This document shows, piece after piece, positions 25,219 through 38,335 of a stretch of 64,000 nucleotides of DNA. The notes beneath the pieces are model-generated. The model did no database searches. It was not told the origin of the DNA and saw only the letters and a list, made by a program, of their open reading frames with translations. Each line of letters begins with the position of its first letter. Within the stretch, counting starts at the first letter, position 1. This DNA is from Felis catus (taxonomy: Eukaryota), in assembly GCF_018350175.1 (NCBI RefSeq), contig NC_058368.1, positions 137,642,001 through 137,706,000 of the forward strand, written 5' to 3'. Made by a program: the position numbers and the translations under genes.

Positions 25219-25454
25219 ATGTAAGCTCTAAAAATAGCTGCTCTCATCACAAACCGGTCCACCCTCTTTCAGATTCATTTGGCAAACAGTAAGCAACACT
25301 GAAAATGGATATTCACTCTGACTCAGTAACTCCACTTCTTGCTATATTCTTGGAAGAAACTCGGAGGCATGAGCACAAAGACATTATGTGCAAAGGGATG
25401 TCAACCACAGCATTGTAAACAACAGGGAAGAACTAGAAACAATGCAAACATCCA

Positions 25455-25595
25455 TTGTCTTGCTCCCTTTTGGCTGCTATACCGAAATGACCTTAGACTT
25501 GGTGGCTTATAAACAACAAACCTTTGTTTCCCCCAGTCTGGAGGCCAGGAAGTCCGAGATCATGGCACCAGCAGATTCAGTATCTGGTGAGAGAA
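25455..25595 (-). mobile_element. MLT1-type LTR fragment following an old L1 fragment (~25260-25450)
   Basis: ggtggcttataaacaacaaacctttgtttcccccagtctggaggccaggaagtccgagatcatggcaccagcagattcagtatctggtgag. Confidence 0.75.
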
Positions 25596-26745
25596 GACAT
25601 TTCACAGTTTGTTGGCTATAACTGGTCACATGTCCCTGCGAGGGGTGCTTTTAAATTAGAATACAGCTAAATGTATCTTTATGTTGCAATTGTTCTTTAA
25701 AAGTAGTCATGTGTGGCTTTGTCTAAACATGGGAAATCAGATTCCCAACATGTTTTCAATCATTTTTTTTTTTAATGGGTTAAAGAATCTTGTAACGATT
25801 TCTGGGTGTGTTTAGTAAGCTCGTCGTTATGTAAAGACATTGCATTCAGAAGCAGGAAGCTACTTTATTTGTCTAAGAAATCATTTCACTATCCCAGACA
25901 GTGGCAACGTGCATTTCTGAAACCCATGGTTCTTTGCACAGAACTGAACCACTGTGGGAAATAGCTATCTGATTCCACACTTCCTTCTACTTTCTGGTAA
26001 GCTTTAGTTCACTGTTAATTCCTGATACTACCCAAGAGTAAATGTCCATCTCAACCTGCACGTTTCCCTATTTCTGCCTCCACCTAACCTTACAGATTCA
26101 CTCTTGACTTTGTTTTTTATTGTTAATTTCCCTATGTCCACTTGTCATTAAAACGTTCTGCAGATACCTGCAAGGCATCTTGCCCTGGAGTTGCTGAAAT
26201 CCCTTGTCTATTTAAAGAACCCGAATCTCACGTTATGGTGTCAGGTTCTGGGCAGAGCAGAGCGACCTCCCAAGCCGGAAAGCAGTGCTCCCCAGAATCG
26301 GCACACCCCTCAGGGAACACAGTGTCAGGCCAGCAGGGAACCCCGCTTGCAGAATTTGTCTTTTAAGGAACTATCAGGACATTCCTACTGGGAGGAAGCA
26401 CACGTGAGATCATCTATGGGGTGAGCCTCCCTGCCTCCTGCCAGAACTTCACACCGCAGACCCTGTGAATCCTGATTCTGTCTGTGGAGCCACCGTTGCC
26501 CAGTCGCTCGCAGGCAAAACCAGAGCTCCTCTCTGCCTCCTCTTTGTCCTCCAGGCCGCTGGGGAAGATGATCCTGCCTTCTTGGAATCTGCCCTTCCCT
26601 GGCCCTTGTCCGGGCTCTTCTCCTTGCATCTGCCTCTCTGCACCTGTTTCTTGGCCAGTCTCCCAGCCTCCAGTTTCTCCCACACCCAGAGTCCTCTGCC
26701 CTCTGCCCTCCTGGGACTCCACCTTACTTCCCTTAAAACTGCCGC

Positions 26746-26761
26746 GGCGCCCCCTACAGGA
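26746..26761 (-). promoter_or_regulatory. Candidate CTCF site
   Basis: Minus strand reads TCCTGTAGGGGGCGCC, a close match to the CCnsYAGGKGGCRs core. Confidence 0.55.
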
Positions 26762-27280
26762 CAAAGGAGGAAACTCAGCGGGGCTGCTCCAATGGGATCC
26801 ACACATACCTATTCGCCTCACTTTTCCCTGCAGATTTTCAAGCACACTGTGAAGGGTCTGTCACTGGGCAGGGATGCCTTTGGCTCAAACTTCACCTTTA
26901 CAAAGAGCCTCAAATTTAGACTCCTGACGTAATCTGCAAATGGTGCTATGCACAGAGTCTCAGAGAGAAACGGACAGAGGTTCCCGTGCAACTTTATCTG
27001 AGGTCCCGTTCCTGGGCCACATTACCTGTGGGGAACTGTAGGTTAACATCGTTTAAGTAAAGTATGTAATTATTCTGTAATTATATTTTTTTCTGTAACT
27101 GTAAAGCATAATAATCTAGCATTACGTTTTGTGTTTAAAGGGCTTAATTGTTCAGTGTAACATATTTTAAAATGATTACAAGGGCTATCGCTCTGTTGAG
27201 CACTTCTTTCTCTTATCCTTTTCTTTCTTCCTTCCTGTTTAGGGGTGGGGAGGGAAATTCATCTTTTAGAAAGCAGAATC

Positions 27281-27499
27281 TTTTTTTTTTTTTAACTTTT
27301 TAAATTTATTTTTGAGAGAGAGAGAGACAGAGCATGAACGGGGGAGGGGCAGAGAGAGAGGGAGACACAGAATCCGAAACAGGCTCCAGGCTCCGAGCCG
27401 TCAGCCCAGAGCCCGACGCGGGGCTCAAACCCACAAACCGTGAGATCATGACCTGAGCCGAAGTAGGACGCTTAACCGACTGAGCCACCCAGGCGCCCC
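27281..27499 (-). mobile_element. Can-SINE (SINEC_Fc)
   Basis: Full-length canonical body. Confidence 0.95.
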
Positions 27500-27983
27500 T
27501 CTTTTTTTTTTTTTTTTTAAAGGCCTGGTTTTCCTGGTCTCTGCCTTGGGTGCGTCTCTCCCCCCCCCCCCCCCCCGCCCCAAAGCATCACTAAGCTCCC
27601 CCTGCCTAGAATTCTCTCCTCCCTGCTGAGCTCAGGCTAGGCTCCTCCAAGGCTCAGCCCTCGCCTCCCCACCCTTGGCGCTCCCACAGTCCACAGCCTC
27701 ACCTCGCTGAACTGCAGCACGGCCTGGACCCTTGTGTGGGCCTGCCATAAAGTACCTTGAACTCATATCTTTCTTCCTATGCAGTCATGTCTTTCCAACT
27801 AAACTGGAAGTGGGACCTGTTTCCACCCTCACTTCTTGTATCCCCAGCTTCCCTCCTTGTGCCCTGAAGTCCCATAAATCCCACAGTGGCCTGTAAGCCT
27901 TTACTCAGGCTATTGAGGACCCAGCTCATCATGCCTGTTTGTGGACTCCCCTTAGGGGAATGTCCTTTAGGGTGGATATTCTC

Positions 27984-28053
27984 TTTTTAAAAAAATGTTT
28001 ATTTATTTATTTTGAGAGAGAGAGAGAGAGAGCAAGCAGAGGAGGGTCAAAAA

Positions 28054-28101
<48 letters not shown>

Positions 28102-28223
28102 CCCAAGCAGGCTCTGAGCTTGATCAGAGCTCAACCAGGGCTTGATCTCATGACCATGAGGTCATGGCCTGAGCCGACATCAAGAGTTGGACGCGTACCT
28201 GACTGAGCCACCCAGGTGCCCCC
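27984..28223 (-). mobile_element. Can-SINE with (GA)n expansion, inserted in a hAT-Charlie-like fragment extending to ~28395
   Basis: TSD agg(g/a)tgga(t/c)attct. Confidence 0.9.
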
Positions 28224-28580
28224 AGGATGGACATTCTTAACCACAGGTCCTTGGATAGGCTTCAGGGGGCTCCAGGAACCCTCCAAAATTGGGCAAAATC
28301 TTCTGTGCATGTGCAGTTTTGTTTTATGGTGTGAGGTTTATACTTTCATCAAAGTCACAAAGGGCCTATGACCTAAAACTCGTGATGAACTCCTGCCCGG
28401 AGGTGCTCTGGCATACAGCACAGAAAGGAAGGAAAGGCCTCAGTCACCTCATCTGCAAAATGGGAATAATGATGGGCGCCTGCATGTGAGGGGTGGTCAG
28501 GAAATGGCAATTATTAGCATTTCTGACCTACTCCCAGAAAGTACTCATAGGAAGGAGTCCCCCACCCCAATGACTTAGGT

Positions 28581-28748
28581 CAGAGGTTCCCAAACTTGGG
28601 TAATCATCAGAATCACCTGGGGAGCTTTAAAAATACATGTTCCTGCCCTCTGTTCCAAACCCAAAGAGAAGAATCTCCAGAGATCTACATCTTTATCAAG
28701 TTTCCTCCCTAACGGTTCTGATGATCAACAAGGTCTGGGAGTCATTGC
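28581..28748. mobile_element. MER5A-like MITE
   Basis: cagaggttcccaaactt...atcagaatcacctggggagctttaaaaataca...aggtctgggagtcattg. Confidence 0.75.
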
Positions 28749-29322
28749 TCTCCCTTGCCCCCCAGGCTTGTACCCTACACTCCACGAGGCTTTGTCACCC
28801 CTGCCTTTACTCATTCTGAGAAGTACATGTGTTTAAGGAAATGGCCAGAGCCTCTGAGGGAACAGCGGGCTGCAAAAAATCTCTCAGAACAAAGAATTAA
28901 GTATCTTTATAATTATATCCAGGCCTATATTTAGGCCATGGCTCATATGGCCTCTTGAACTTCAAATAAATACCTATTTTGTTCCTTGTTTAAACAGGTG
29001 TAACAATATTGGGGGATACTAGACTTATCCAGGCAGGAAGGCAGCTCCCACAGCTGTCAGAAAGCACTGCCCTTTCATTCCTCACAAGAGGAAAAGCTAA
29101 TTATACTGTCATAGAGCAAAATAAATGTACAATTTCTACCCCTGAGCTCAGTGAACCACTCAGGGCAAACTTTTTTTTTCTGGGCTGCTCTCTGGCAGGA
29201 CCCAGGGCCAGCTGGCTTGGCCCAGGCTCAGATGTTTCAGCAGCGACTGCCGTGGGTGATTCCGGATTGGTGAGGCCTCCCGTCCCCAGAATGCCTAACA
29301 CTGTCACTTGAACACTGCCCCC

Positions 29323-29502
29323 CCACACACACACACTCAATCACACACTCCTATCCACACACACACATCCTCTCGTACACTTGCACACGTTCCTGTACAC
29401 AAAACGTGCAATGTTCTTACACACACTCAAGTGACATTCACACAAGCTTTCACACACAGTCACGCTCATGCACACGCTCTGTCACACGCAGAGACACACA
29501 CA
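29323..29502. repeat. Degenerate CA-rich simple repeat
   Basis: Imperfect (CA)n/(CACG) runs. Confidence 0.8.
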
Positions 29503-29595
29503 CCCCTCTTCTGATGCCAGAATGTACCACCCAACCATGAGAGTCTGATCCTGTGGGCTTCAGACCTCGAGTTCCCTGTCAAAATGGCAGAAACG

Positions 29596-29805
29596 GGGGC
29601 GCCTGGGTGGCTCAGTCGGTTAAGCGGCGGACTTCGGTTCAGGTCATGATCTCACGGTCCGTGAGTTCGAGCCCCGCGTCGGGCTCTGGGCTGACAGCTT
29701 GGAGCCTGGAGCCTGCTTTGGATTCTGTGGCTCCCTCTCTCTCTGACCCTCCCCCGTTCATGCTCTGTCTCTGTCTCAAAAATAAATAAACATTAAAAAA
29801 AAAAA
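29596..29805 (+). mobile_element. Can-SINE (SINEC_Fc)
   Basis: TSD tcaaaatggc(a/c)gaaacg. Confidence 0.96.
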
Positions 29806-30107
29806 TCAAAATGGCCGAAACGTTCCTGTTTTTAGCCATTAAAGTCTCATGTCTGGGAACACCCTGTCCCCCAGGGTCCTGGGCAAACTGAGATGGCTAG
29901 TCACCATAGAAAGCATCTGCCCGGGAAGAGACCCAATGCGCTTTCCCAGCCATGCAGTGTCCTGTGAATAATGTTCTGCCCGCTCTCCTGACAGGCACAC
30001 TTGCTCTGACAGCCCCACAGTTATTGACTTGGCAGAGCTGACTCATCTAGACAAGTCTTCACAGCGACAGCAGGTGTCTCCATAGATCAGGTAAAGGATA
30101 TAATTTT

Positions 30108-30233
30108 GGGGAAACCTGGGTAGTTCAGTTGGTTAAGCATAGACTCTTGATTTCAGCGCAGGTCATAATCTCACGGTTCATGGGATTGAGCCCTGTGTCC
30201 TACTCTGCACTGACAGAGAGGAGCCTGCTTGGG

Positions 30234-30291
<58 letters not shown>

Positions 30292-30368
30292 ACTCTCCCT
30301 CTCTCTGCCTCTCCCCTGCTTACACACATGCATGCTCTCTCTCTCAAAATAAATACAACTTAAAAAAA
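30108..30368 (+). mobile_element. Can-SINE (older)
   Basis: Diverged head ggggaaacctgggtagttcagttggttaagc, (CT)n, A tail. Confidence 0.9.
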
Positions 30369-30381
30369 AAGTATATAATCT

Positions 30382-31034
30382 TGGGAATGCAAGCTGGTGC
30401 AGCCACTCTGGAAAACAGTATGGAGGTTCCTCAAAACACTAAAAATAGAACTACCCAACGACCCAACAATTGCACTACTAAGCATCTATCCAAGGGATAC
30501 AGGTGTGCTGTTTCAAAGGAACACATGCACCCCCGTGTTCATAGCAGCACTATCCACAATAGCCAAAGTATGGAAAGAGCCCAAATGTCCATCGATGGAT
30601 GCATGGATAAAGAAGAGGTGGTATATATATACAATGGAGTATTACTCAGCCATCAAAAAGAATGAAATCTTGCCATTTGCAACTACGTGGATGGAACTGG
30701 AGGGTATTATGCTAAGTGGAATTAGTCAGTCAGAGAAAGACAAAAACCATATGACTTCACTCATATGAGGACTTTAAGAGGCAAAACAGATGAACATAAG
30801 GGAAGGGAAACAAAAATAATGTAAAAACAGGGAGGGGGACAAAACAGAAGAGACTCATAACTATGGAGAACAAACTAAGGGTTAGTGGAGGGGTTGTGGG
30901 AGGGGGGATGGGCTAAATGGGTCAGGGGCACTAAGGAATCTACTCCTGAAATCATTGTTGCACTATATGCTAACTAATTTGGATGTAAATTAAAAAAAAA
31001 ATAAAAAAAATAAAACAAGTTAAAATTTAAAAAC
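30382..31034 (+). mobile_element. Feline L1 3' fragment (~650 bp): ORF2 C-terminus + 3' UTR + tail
   Basis: ORF 30397-30768 encodes the L1 ORF2p C-terminus ([19 protein letters not shown]...WYIYTMEYYSAIKKNEILPFATTWMELEGIMLS...). TSD aagtatataatct (30369, 31035). Confidence 0.96.
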
Positions 31035-31064
31035 AAGTATATAATCTGATGGGATAGGGATCCT

Positions 31065-31233
31065 ACGGTGGTTCTACTGTGCATTAGAATTATCTGGGAG
31101 ACTTTGAACTGTACCTTGATGCCCAGGTCCCACCAGACACCATGTGGTTTAACTCCCTGGGATGGGGCCTGGCCCTGACAGATTTCTCTAGCTTCTGAGG
31201 GGATTTGACTGCAGCCAGGATTGAGAGTCACTG
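31065..31233. mobile_element. MER5A1-like MITE
   Basis: cggtggttct...gcattagaattatctggg...gcagccaggattgagagtcactg. Confidence 0.65.
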
Positions 31234-31999
31234 AATCCAGGCAAAGTGTACCTCAGCCAGGTCATTCCCTGGTGCCTTCCTGACCCTTTGCAAGTGTGTG
31301 TGGGGCTTACATAGCTGGCAACATGGCGGAGGTCACGTCAAGAGAGAGGAGCACTGAATCTCCCCACTCTTGGACTTTGAAATGGACACGTTATCCTGTA
31401 AAGCGATAGACCCAAGTTGAGTTTGCACACAAGGAGTGTCCCACTATGCCCCTAGCTGGAGGCTCAACCTGAACCTTATTTGCAAATGAAAGGAGATTTC
31501 CAAACAGCAGTGCCATCTACAACGGCAGAAAAAGGCAGCTGTCCTACTGTGTGAGAGTGAGTATTCCCGTAGATGGAACAGGATGGGGACGAAGAACACC
31601 CTGGCTTGCAAGTTCCTCCTTGAGAAGCGGCAAAAAAGGGGTTGGAGGATATAGCAAGGGTTTTGGAATTAGCTGACGTAGAGCATGTATTCTTTCTCTC
31701 CTCCTGTCAGCACTGACGTGTGGCCTTGGGGAAGTTATTTTTTGACTACGCTGAGCCTCAGTTTTACAAAGTGCGTAACAATACCCGGCACAAGATGTTC
31801 TTGCGAGTGTATCAGTGACCAAGCACTGGACCTGGTTTAGCGTTGGTGGTAAGTTAATGACAAATGACAGCTATTGAAAAAAAAAGGAACGCGGATGCTG
31901 TTTTATTCTTTGTGTTGTACCAGTGTTCCCATCAAATCCCCCCAAAAAAGTATTCTATGCACAAGTCACGTAAACAATTAAGTTACTGGACAGAGAGTA

Positions 32000-32690
32000 C
32001 TGAGTTCCTCTTGTCATTGTAACAAATTACCACAAATTGAGTGACTTAGAATGACGCAAATTTATTATCTTCTAGTTCTGGAAGTCAGAAGTCTGCAATG
32101 GGGTTCACTGGACTAACATCAACACGTGGGCAGGTTGCATTTCTTCTGGAGGCTCCGGAGGAGGATCTATTCCCTTTCCTTTTCCATCTTCTAGAGGCTT
32201 CCAGCATTCTCTGGCTCTTGGCCTCTTTCTCCTTCTTCAAAGCCAGCAGTTCTTGGGGCTCCTGGGTGGCTCAGTCACTTGCGTGTCTGATTCTTGATTT
32301 TGGCTCAGGTCATGATCCCAGGGTGTGGGATCAAGCCTGGTGTTGAGCCCCACATGGAGCTCTGCTTGAGATCCTCCCTCTTCCTCTCCCTCTGCCCCTC
32401 TCCCCTGCTCTCTCTCTCTCTCTCTCTCTCCCCCCCTCTCTCTCTCTCAAAACAAAAAACAAAAACCCAGCAATTCAGCATCTTTCTCTGACTCTGACTC
32501 TCCTGCCTCCCCCTTTCACTTATAAAGACACATGTGATCTCACTGGGCCCAGCCAGATAATCCAGGATAATCTCCCCATCAAGGATCACATCTGCCAAGT
32601 CTCTTCTGCTATGCAAGGCAACACATTCACAGGGTGTGTGGATGAGGAAGCGGACATTTTTGGATGGCCACTGTTCTGCCTACTCCATGG
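32000..32690 (-). mobile_element. MLT1C/D-like MaLR LTR split by a SINE
   Basis: tgtaacaaattaccacaaattgagtgacttag...ttctggaggctccggaggaggatc...cccagccagataatccaggataatctccccatc...ttctgcctactcca. Confidence 0.85.
32255..32466 (+). mobile_element. Can-SINE inside MLT1 LTR
   Basis: ggggctcctgggtggctcagtc head; TSD-like ccagca(g/a)ttc. Confidence 0.9.
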
Positions 32691-35379
32691 GGACAGCTTT
32701 GTCACCTTTAAGCTTTTTATCTTCTAAAAGTCTTCCTCCAGTCTTTGACACCTGCTCCCACTCACCTGGTAGCAACTGCTACGGAAGGCTAAAAACTTGT
32801 TTGAACCCATTAGCATGTCCAGAACATTCAGAAATTGCCAGTCAGGAAATTCAACCGTTTTCCTTTGTGCCTGCATGTGAATCGTCTCGATGGTTGTGAT
32901 TTCCTAGTACATGCCACAGCAGAGGCATAGTCTTCACTTGTAAACTTGTTACTAGCACATTTGAGGGGACTGATCGGTGACACAGTGCCCTGCAGAGATG
33001 ACCTTGACAAGTCTGAGGACCTCTGACTCCTGACAAGTCTAAGGACTGTCCGTAGGGGCTGCCAGGTTTAAAACTTTACAAGACCGCCCTTCCCCTGGGA
33101 GGGGGACCACTGGCAACTCCTCCCATGGGTTTTTTATTCCTGCTCCAGGAAGGAAAGGCCTGAGTGTGCAACAAGCTCTTATGTTCTTCAAATGAGTCGA
33201 GAACTTAAGTCTGGAGTTTGGACAGGAAACTGGAACTCAGTGGGAGGTCTGTGAGGGTGGAGGACGGGGGGGGGGGGGGGGGGGGGGTTGCTTCCAGGCT
33301 TTCAAAACACAAAACAGGTGGTTTTCGGCAGTGCAGGCCCGGCTGGGGAGTGGTGGGGAGGGGAGGGGTGAATACCAAGTAGGCAGGCTTCTGGATGGGT
33401 GGGGCTGGGCCTGCAGCCTGGGCTGGCTGCCTGAGAGTAGAGAGTGACAGGTGAGGGCTCTGAGCTTCCCTGCTTGCCGCTCAGGAAAATCCTGGGACTG
33501 CCAACAGGCGTGGGGAGGCGCGTCGACTCTGGACCGAGACATACTCAACAGTGGGAGTCCAGCCAAACTGAAGGCCCCCTGAAGGAGAAGACCGGGGAGC
33601 AGAGTGGCAGGAGCTCCTTCCTCTGATGAATCAGCAGTGATGTGGGCGACAGGGAATCTGAAGCCATGAGTCCAGCCAGAGGCACCATCAGCCAAGTCTG
33701 ACAGGCTTTAATTATTTTAGGGTAAGAAATCTGTGCTTTGCAAACACGCCAGATGTCCATGCTTTTGTATATTTTGATTTCTTGTTTGTTTTACTTTTGG
33801 TTGTTGTTGATGATGTTGTTTTAGTACAACTCGAAATAAGAAGAGGGTAACAGAGTCCTTGTCCTTTCCTGGAAAGGCCCAGCTGGAGAATCAAGGAGTC
33901 CTTGTGCAGCTGAGGCCCCTGGTGAGGTGACTCATAGGAATGTGACCAATCTCAACTCCAGAAGTGGCTGCTTGTGAATCTCCTGGGAAGTCTTTAATTA
34001 CCTCTTGAACACATTGTGTGAGTGAGCGAAATGGTGATTTTAGTGGCATGTTAGTCATGGGGACAATAAGAGCAGGCATTGAAATGGACAACTTAGCCAC
34101 GTCCCATCCAAATCACCCAGAAGGCTGGATGACAGTGCTTCTTTAAGTAGCTTGGCAGATAATGCAAAATGCCTCCTGACTCCCCAAAGGGCCTTAGCTG
34201 CCCGTTTTCTCTTTACCCTCTCTAGCCCTTAAACAAACAAAAAAATAAATAGAAGTCTACAGTCTTTGCAACAGACCTGCCTGACATCAATTAACACTAA
34301 CCTCCGGCAAGTGGCAATCCTCACAAAGCTCCAAGATGTTTTCAGCCCGAGGATTTTCCTGTGTTCTCGAAAGTATGAGTAAAGTATGAGTATACTAATG
34401 GCCACTTTCCTGACAAGGCAACCAGGCTCAAGATACTAAATGGTGACACTAGTTAAGTGATCCCGCGAGAAAGGGATAAGTCCGTGCACAGAATACGGTC
34501 CGAGGGCCCCCATTCCCTGCACGTTCCATTAGACATTTGAAATCTCTCAGTCAAGCATGGAGCAAATGGGTGTCCAGGACTGGAGGCTGACTGATAACCC
34601 CCTGAGGTCTGATTCCAAGCTGTTGTCCAGAGAAAACTTCCACTGTTCACACTTGAGGGGGGTGGCCGGAGTGGCAGCAAAGAGAAGGGGGGAGGGGAGA
34701 ATTAATTCAGGAGCTGGGAGCTGAGAAACAGATTTGGTAAGCACATACTTCAAAGCTCACTAGAGAACTCCAATAAAACATAGACTCTCTGCAGCAACCA
34801 GGGAGTGATTTAAATCCACTTGGAATTTCTAGGAGGAAGGAGTGAGACTTACCAGCTCTGCTCAGAGCCTCATGAATAATTTCACCTGACACAGGACACT
34901 GAACCAGCAGAAATCAGGGATGTACAAAGGATAAAGTGTTTCCAACTCATCTTTGTTACTCCGGTCTTATTCGTAAGTGGGGAACCAGGTTGGGTAAGGG
35001 AAGCCTAGACAGGAAATTCACCATTTTTAGACGCATTATTTTTTGTCCTTGTGCGAGAGATGTTGGATAGGAAACACATTTTCTGGCAGCCAAAAGCTCG
35101 CTGGCTGGGTTGGCTAAGAGAAAGGCCACGCACCCACGTACTACGAGGATGTGGACAACATTGAGAACTCCCTCTGGGCTAGCTGACAGTGAAAGGGAAA
35201 CTTCCAGAGAAGTAAACACCTAAGCCCCCATGGGCACAGGTGGTGCTACGGAAGTTACTCTTGTTGCCTTGAACCCCCGGCTGCGATCCCCTCACACTCC
35301 ATCTCCTTCCTCCACACTGCACATCCACTGCCCGCCAACAGATCATCAAGTTTTTGTCAATGAGACGGCCAGTCCTGGC

Positions 35380-36130
35380 TCTAGGAAAGGGTGTCCCCCG
35401 GCAGGTCCTCACTGCGCTTCGATGGGCGGGTAGGGGCGGCCTGAACCCTCTCGAAGATCCCAGGGGGTCTCGGTCTGTAGGAATCACCCCTGCCCCCCCT
35501 CTCGGGGCGCAGCCTTTCCCGCCCGCCCAAGCGCAGCGCACCCGCGGGCGACCCAGGTGCCCACCGTGGAGGTGGCAGCGCCGGCGGCCCTGGCAGCCAG
35601 GGCCCAGAGGTCGCTCTGCTTTCCCCTTGATGGCCGCAGGGGGGCAGGAAAGAAGGACTAAGGATAGAGGCCAGCGGAGGAGCCGGCCGCGCGGAGGGTG
35701 CGGGGTTGGGGGGCAGGGGTTGGGGGAGCACGGAGAGCGGGGCGCGGAGCCCGGGCGGCGCAGGTGGCTGGGACACCGACGGGCGGAGGGCGTAGGAACC
35801 GCCCCGACTGAAGGAGCTCGGCCCGAGACACCCGCCGCCAGCCTCCTCGACACCCGGCTCTGACGTCCGCAGCGACTCGGGGACGGGAGCCCTGGAAGCG
35901 CCGCACCCTCCCGCCGCTGCGGGTGCCTGTCCGAGGGACGCGAGGGAGCCGGGGGTCCGAGGGGCCCCGCCGTCCCTAAGAGCCAGAGACAATCACTGCA
36001 GCCTCCGGGAGGAAAGCCGCGCTGGGAAGAAAAGACGCGAGCTGCTCCCTGCGTCCCCTCTTTCCCAAGATCCAAGATTCAAGATCCCGCCCTGCAGCCT
36101 CTGGCGACTGAGCATTACTCTCGCTTTGCA
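35380..36130. promoter_or_regulatory. CpG island 1 (no coding gene attached)
   Basis: Very GC- and CpG-rich unique sequence with GC boxes (gggcgg 35721, ccgccc 35739), CRE-like tgacgtc (35861) and CTCF-like tggCCGCAGGGGGGCAG (35631-35647). Confidence 0.85.
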
Positions 36131-38149
36131 GATACCGAGGCCTGGACGTATTGTGAGCCTCAGGGACACAGGCATAAATCAGTTATGCTAATCCTGATCT
36201 CTGTGGTTCAGATACTTTAAATCCGGGAGCCACCTTTTTACATCTAATTGGCTGGACACCGTTCTTTTTTCTGTTTTCTCCAACCGAGGCCATTCCAACT
36301 ATTTTATCTCCTAGTACAGACTTCCGTATACTTCGATCATTCCACCCCAAGACGTTACAGTAAACAGGTTCTCTTCCCCTCATCACATCCGCCCCATTTC
36401 TCTACTTTCTGCTTCCACATTTAACTCCTGACCCATCTGGAGCAAAACTCCCCAAAAGTTCTAGACTAGAGAGCCCAACATACACAGAAATGGCCCAGGA
36501 AAAAAGGCGGCGGTGGGGTCAGGGAACGGGGCTATCAAAAAACCAAACTGCATTTTTGTGGTGTTTTCTTCTTTTTAACCCGATGGACATTAAATTGCTG
36601 TGTAAAATATTTCATCTGTTCGGAAACTTTATTCTAAAATGACTTGCGCATTTGTTTCACCGATGCTATTTATTTTGGAATTTCAAATAACCCTTAGAGA
36701 CCATGGACAGTTTTTATGTTCATTAAAACTACACCGAGGTTCAAAAGGGTTGTGAGACCTTGCTGTTGCTGTTATGATGTTAAAAAACCAACAAAATAGA
36801 TAAAGATCAAATAGAAAGCAGCATGAGTAGGAAACCAATAAAATGTAGGCCAGTGGGATTTACAAAGTTGTCCTAAAAAACAAAGTCTTTGTCTTCTTCT
36901 CCCTTTCCTCATCCTGTTAGCAAATCGTGCTCAAGTAAGGAGAGAGTGCTTGGACGAGTCCATTGCCTGCTCCTCGGTACTGTGAGCCAGAAAGCCAGGC
37001 TCCTGGTTCCAGCTCACCCTTGCTCAGCTCAGGTGAACACCCAGCTGGTCACACTGGGGACAGAACGTGATCTGGGTGGGGCAGCACTGCCAAATGAGAC
37101 GGCCCTCCACCTTCTGGAAACCGTAGCGCAGTGCTCCCAAGGCGTGGGTCTGTGGGTTGCTCCTTTACGTTAGTCCTCCAGTACCTTCCATTTCCTCAGC
37201 GTCTGCGTTTCTAGCTTGGCAGTGGCCCAGGCTCCTGAGTTTTCACTTTCCTTCCTGCAGTCTTCTTTTCTGGCAGTTTGGTTGATTCATTAACATCTCC
37301 ATCAGAGGGATGGGCAGGGAGCTTGAAAGTCCCCTCAGCTCTTCTTAATGGTCCTTCTGGTACTGGGTTTGGTGGGAAAAGAGCCACGCTGTTGGCTAAA
37401 ATGAGATTTGGGGATTATCCATGGATTTAATCTGGTCTTCTCACATCTACCATTTCCACAAGTAATTAGAGATTACTAGATACATTGAGAAGTTGCATTA
37501 GCCTTAAAGAATTTGGAGAAAATCTAAATAGGCTTAAATACCATCTTGGAGTCTAGAATGTTAAGCTCTATGCTCCAGATAATTAACATTTTTAAGGCCT
37601 TTCCCTGCTCCTGCTCCTGCTCCCTGCACCCTGTGGTTAACGTCACTACTGGGTAACAAGTCACTGAAAACATTTTAAATATAATATATTTTGCAGGGAG
37701 GGTGAGCAGAGTAGAAACGCAGTAAATACACTACCGTTGTATTCAGAGAGAATAGGCCAGGCAGCATTGGCGATTTGAAACTTCTCTATCATCCGAAAGT
37801 ACATTCCGATCCGGGCAGTTTGAGAAGTTGAGAAGATTTTGATTATTAACATATATGAGAGACCGGCAGGTGGAGGACGATTTGTAGAGCCATGCCCTCT
37901 CTGTAAGCATGGGCGTGCCACCCCTCCTCCTGGAGAACACCTTGGACACACAGTGTCTGTCCAGAGCAGTGGGTGATGCTTACAGAGGGAGCATGGCCCT
38001 TCCTCCAAGCTCGGAGGGCTCCTTCCAGAGACTGTGAGCGTAGGCAATAGCGTTCTTTTGATTTTTCTTTTCCCAGTGGGAGTCCTACATTAGCACGGAC
38101 ATGAAAATGGCATCCTATTATGGCAGACGGCTGAGAACATGGTAATCAT

Positions 38150-38335
38150 AGTATCTCGTGCTTCTGTAGCGTTTGACAGTTTTCAAGGCAATTTTGTATT
38201 TGTTCTCTTATTTGATCTTCATAATAACCGCGAGGTAGGATGGATATTATCACCTCCATTTCTTTCTGACGAGGAATTTAGCCATGGTCAGAAAGGTAGG
38301 AAGAGCAGAGTAGAATTAGAATCCAGCCTTCTGAC
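38150..38335 (-). mobile_element. MIR remnant
   Basis: tctcttatttgatcttcataataaccgcgaggtagg...attatcacctccatttc...gaggaa...tagaatccagccttctgac. Confidence 0.6.

Noticed and set aside
35179..36075. 298-aa, 203-aa and 169-aa overlapping ORFs in CpG island 1
   Set aside because: Pro/Arg/Gly/Ala-rich, open in several frames on both strands, mostly non-ATG starts. Expected from stop-codon depletion in GC-rich DNA.
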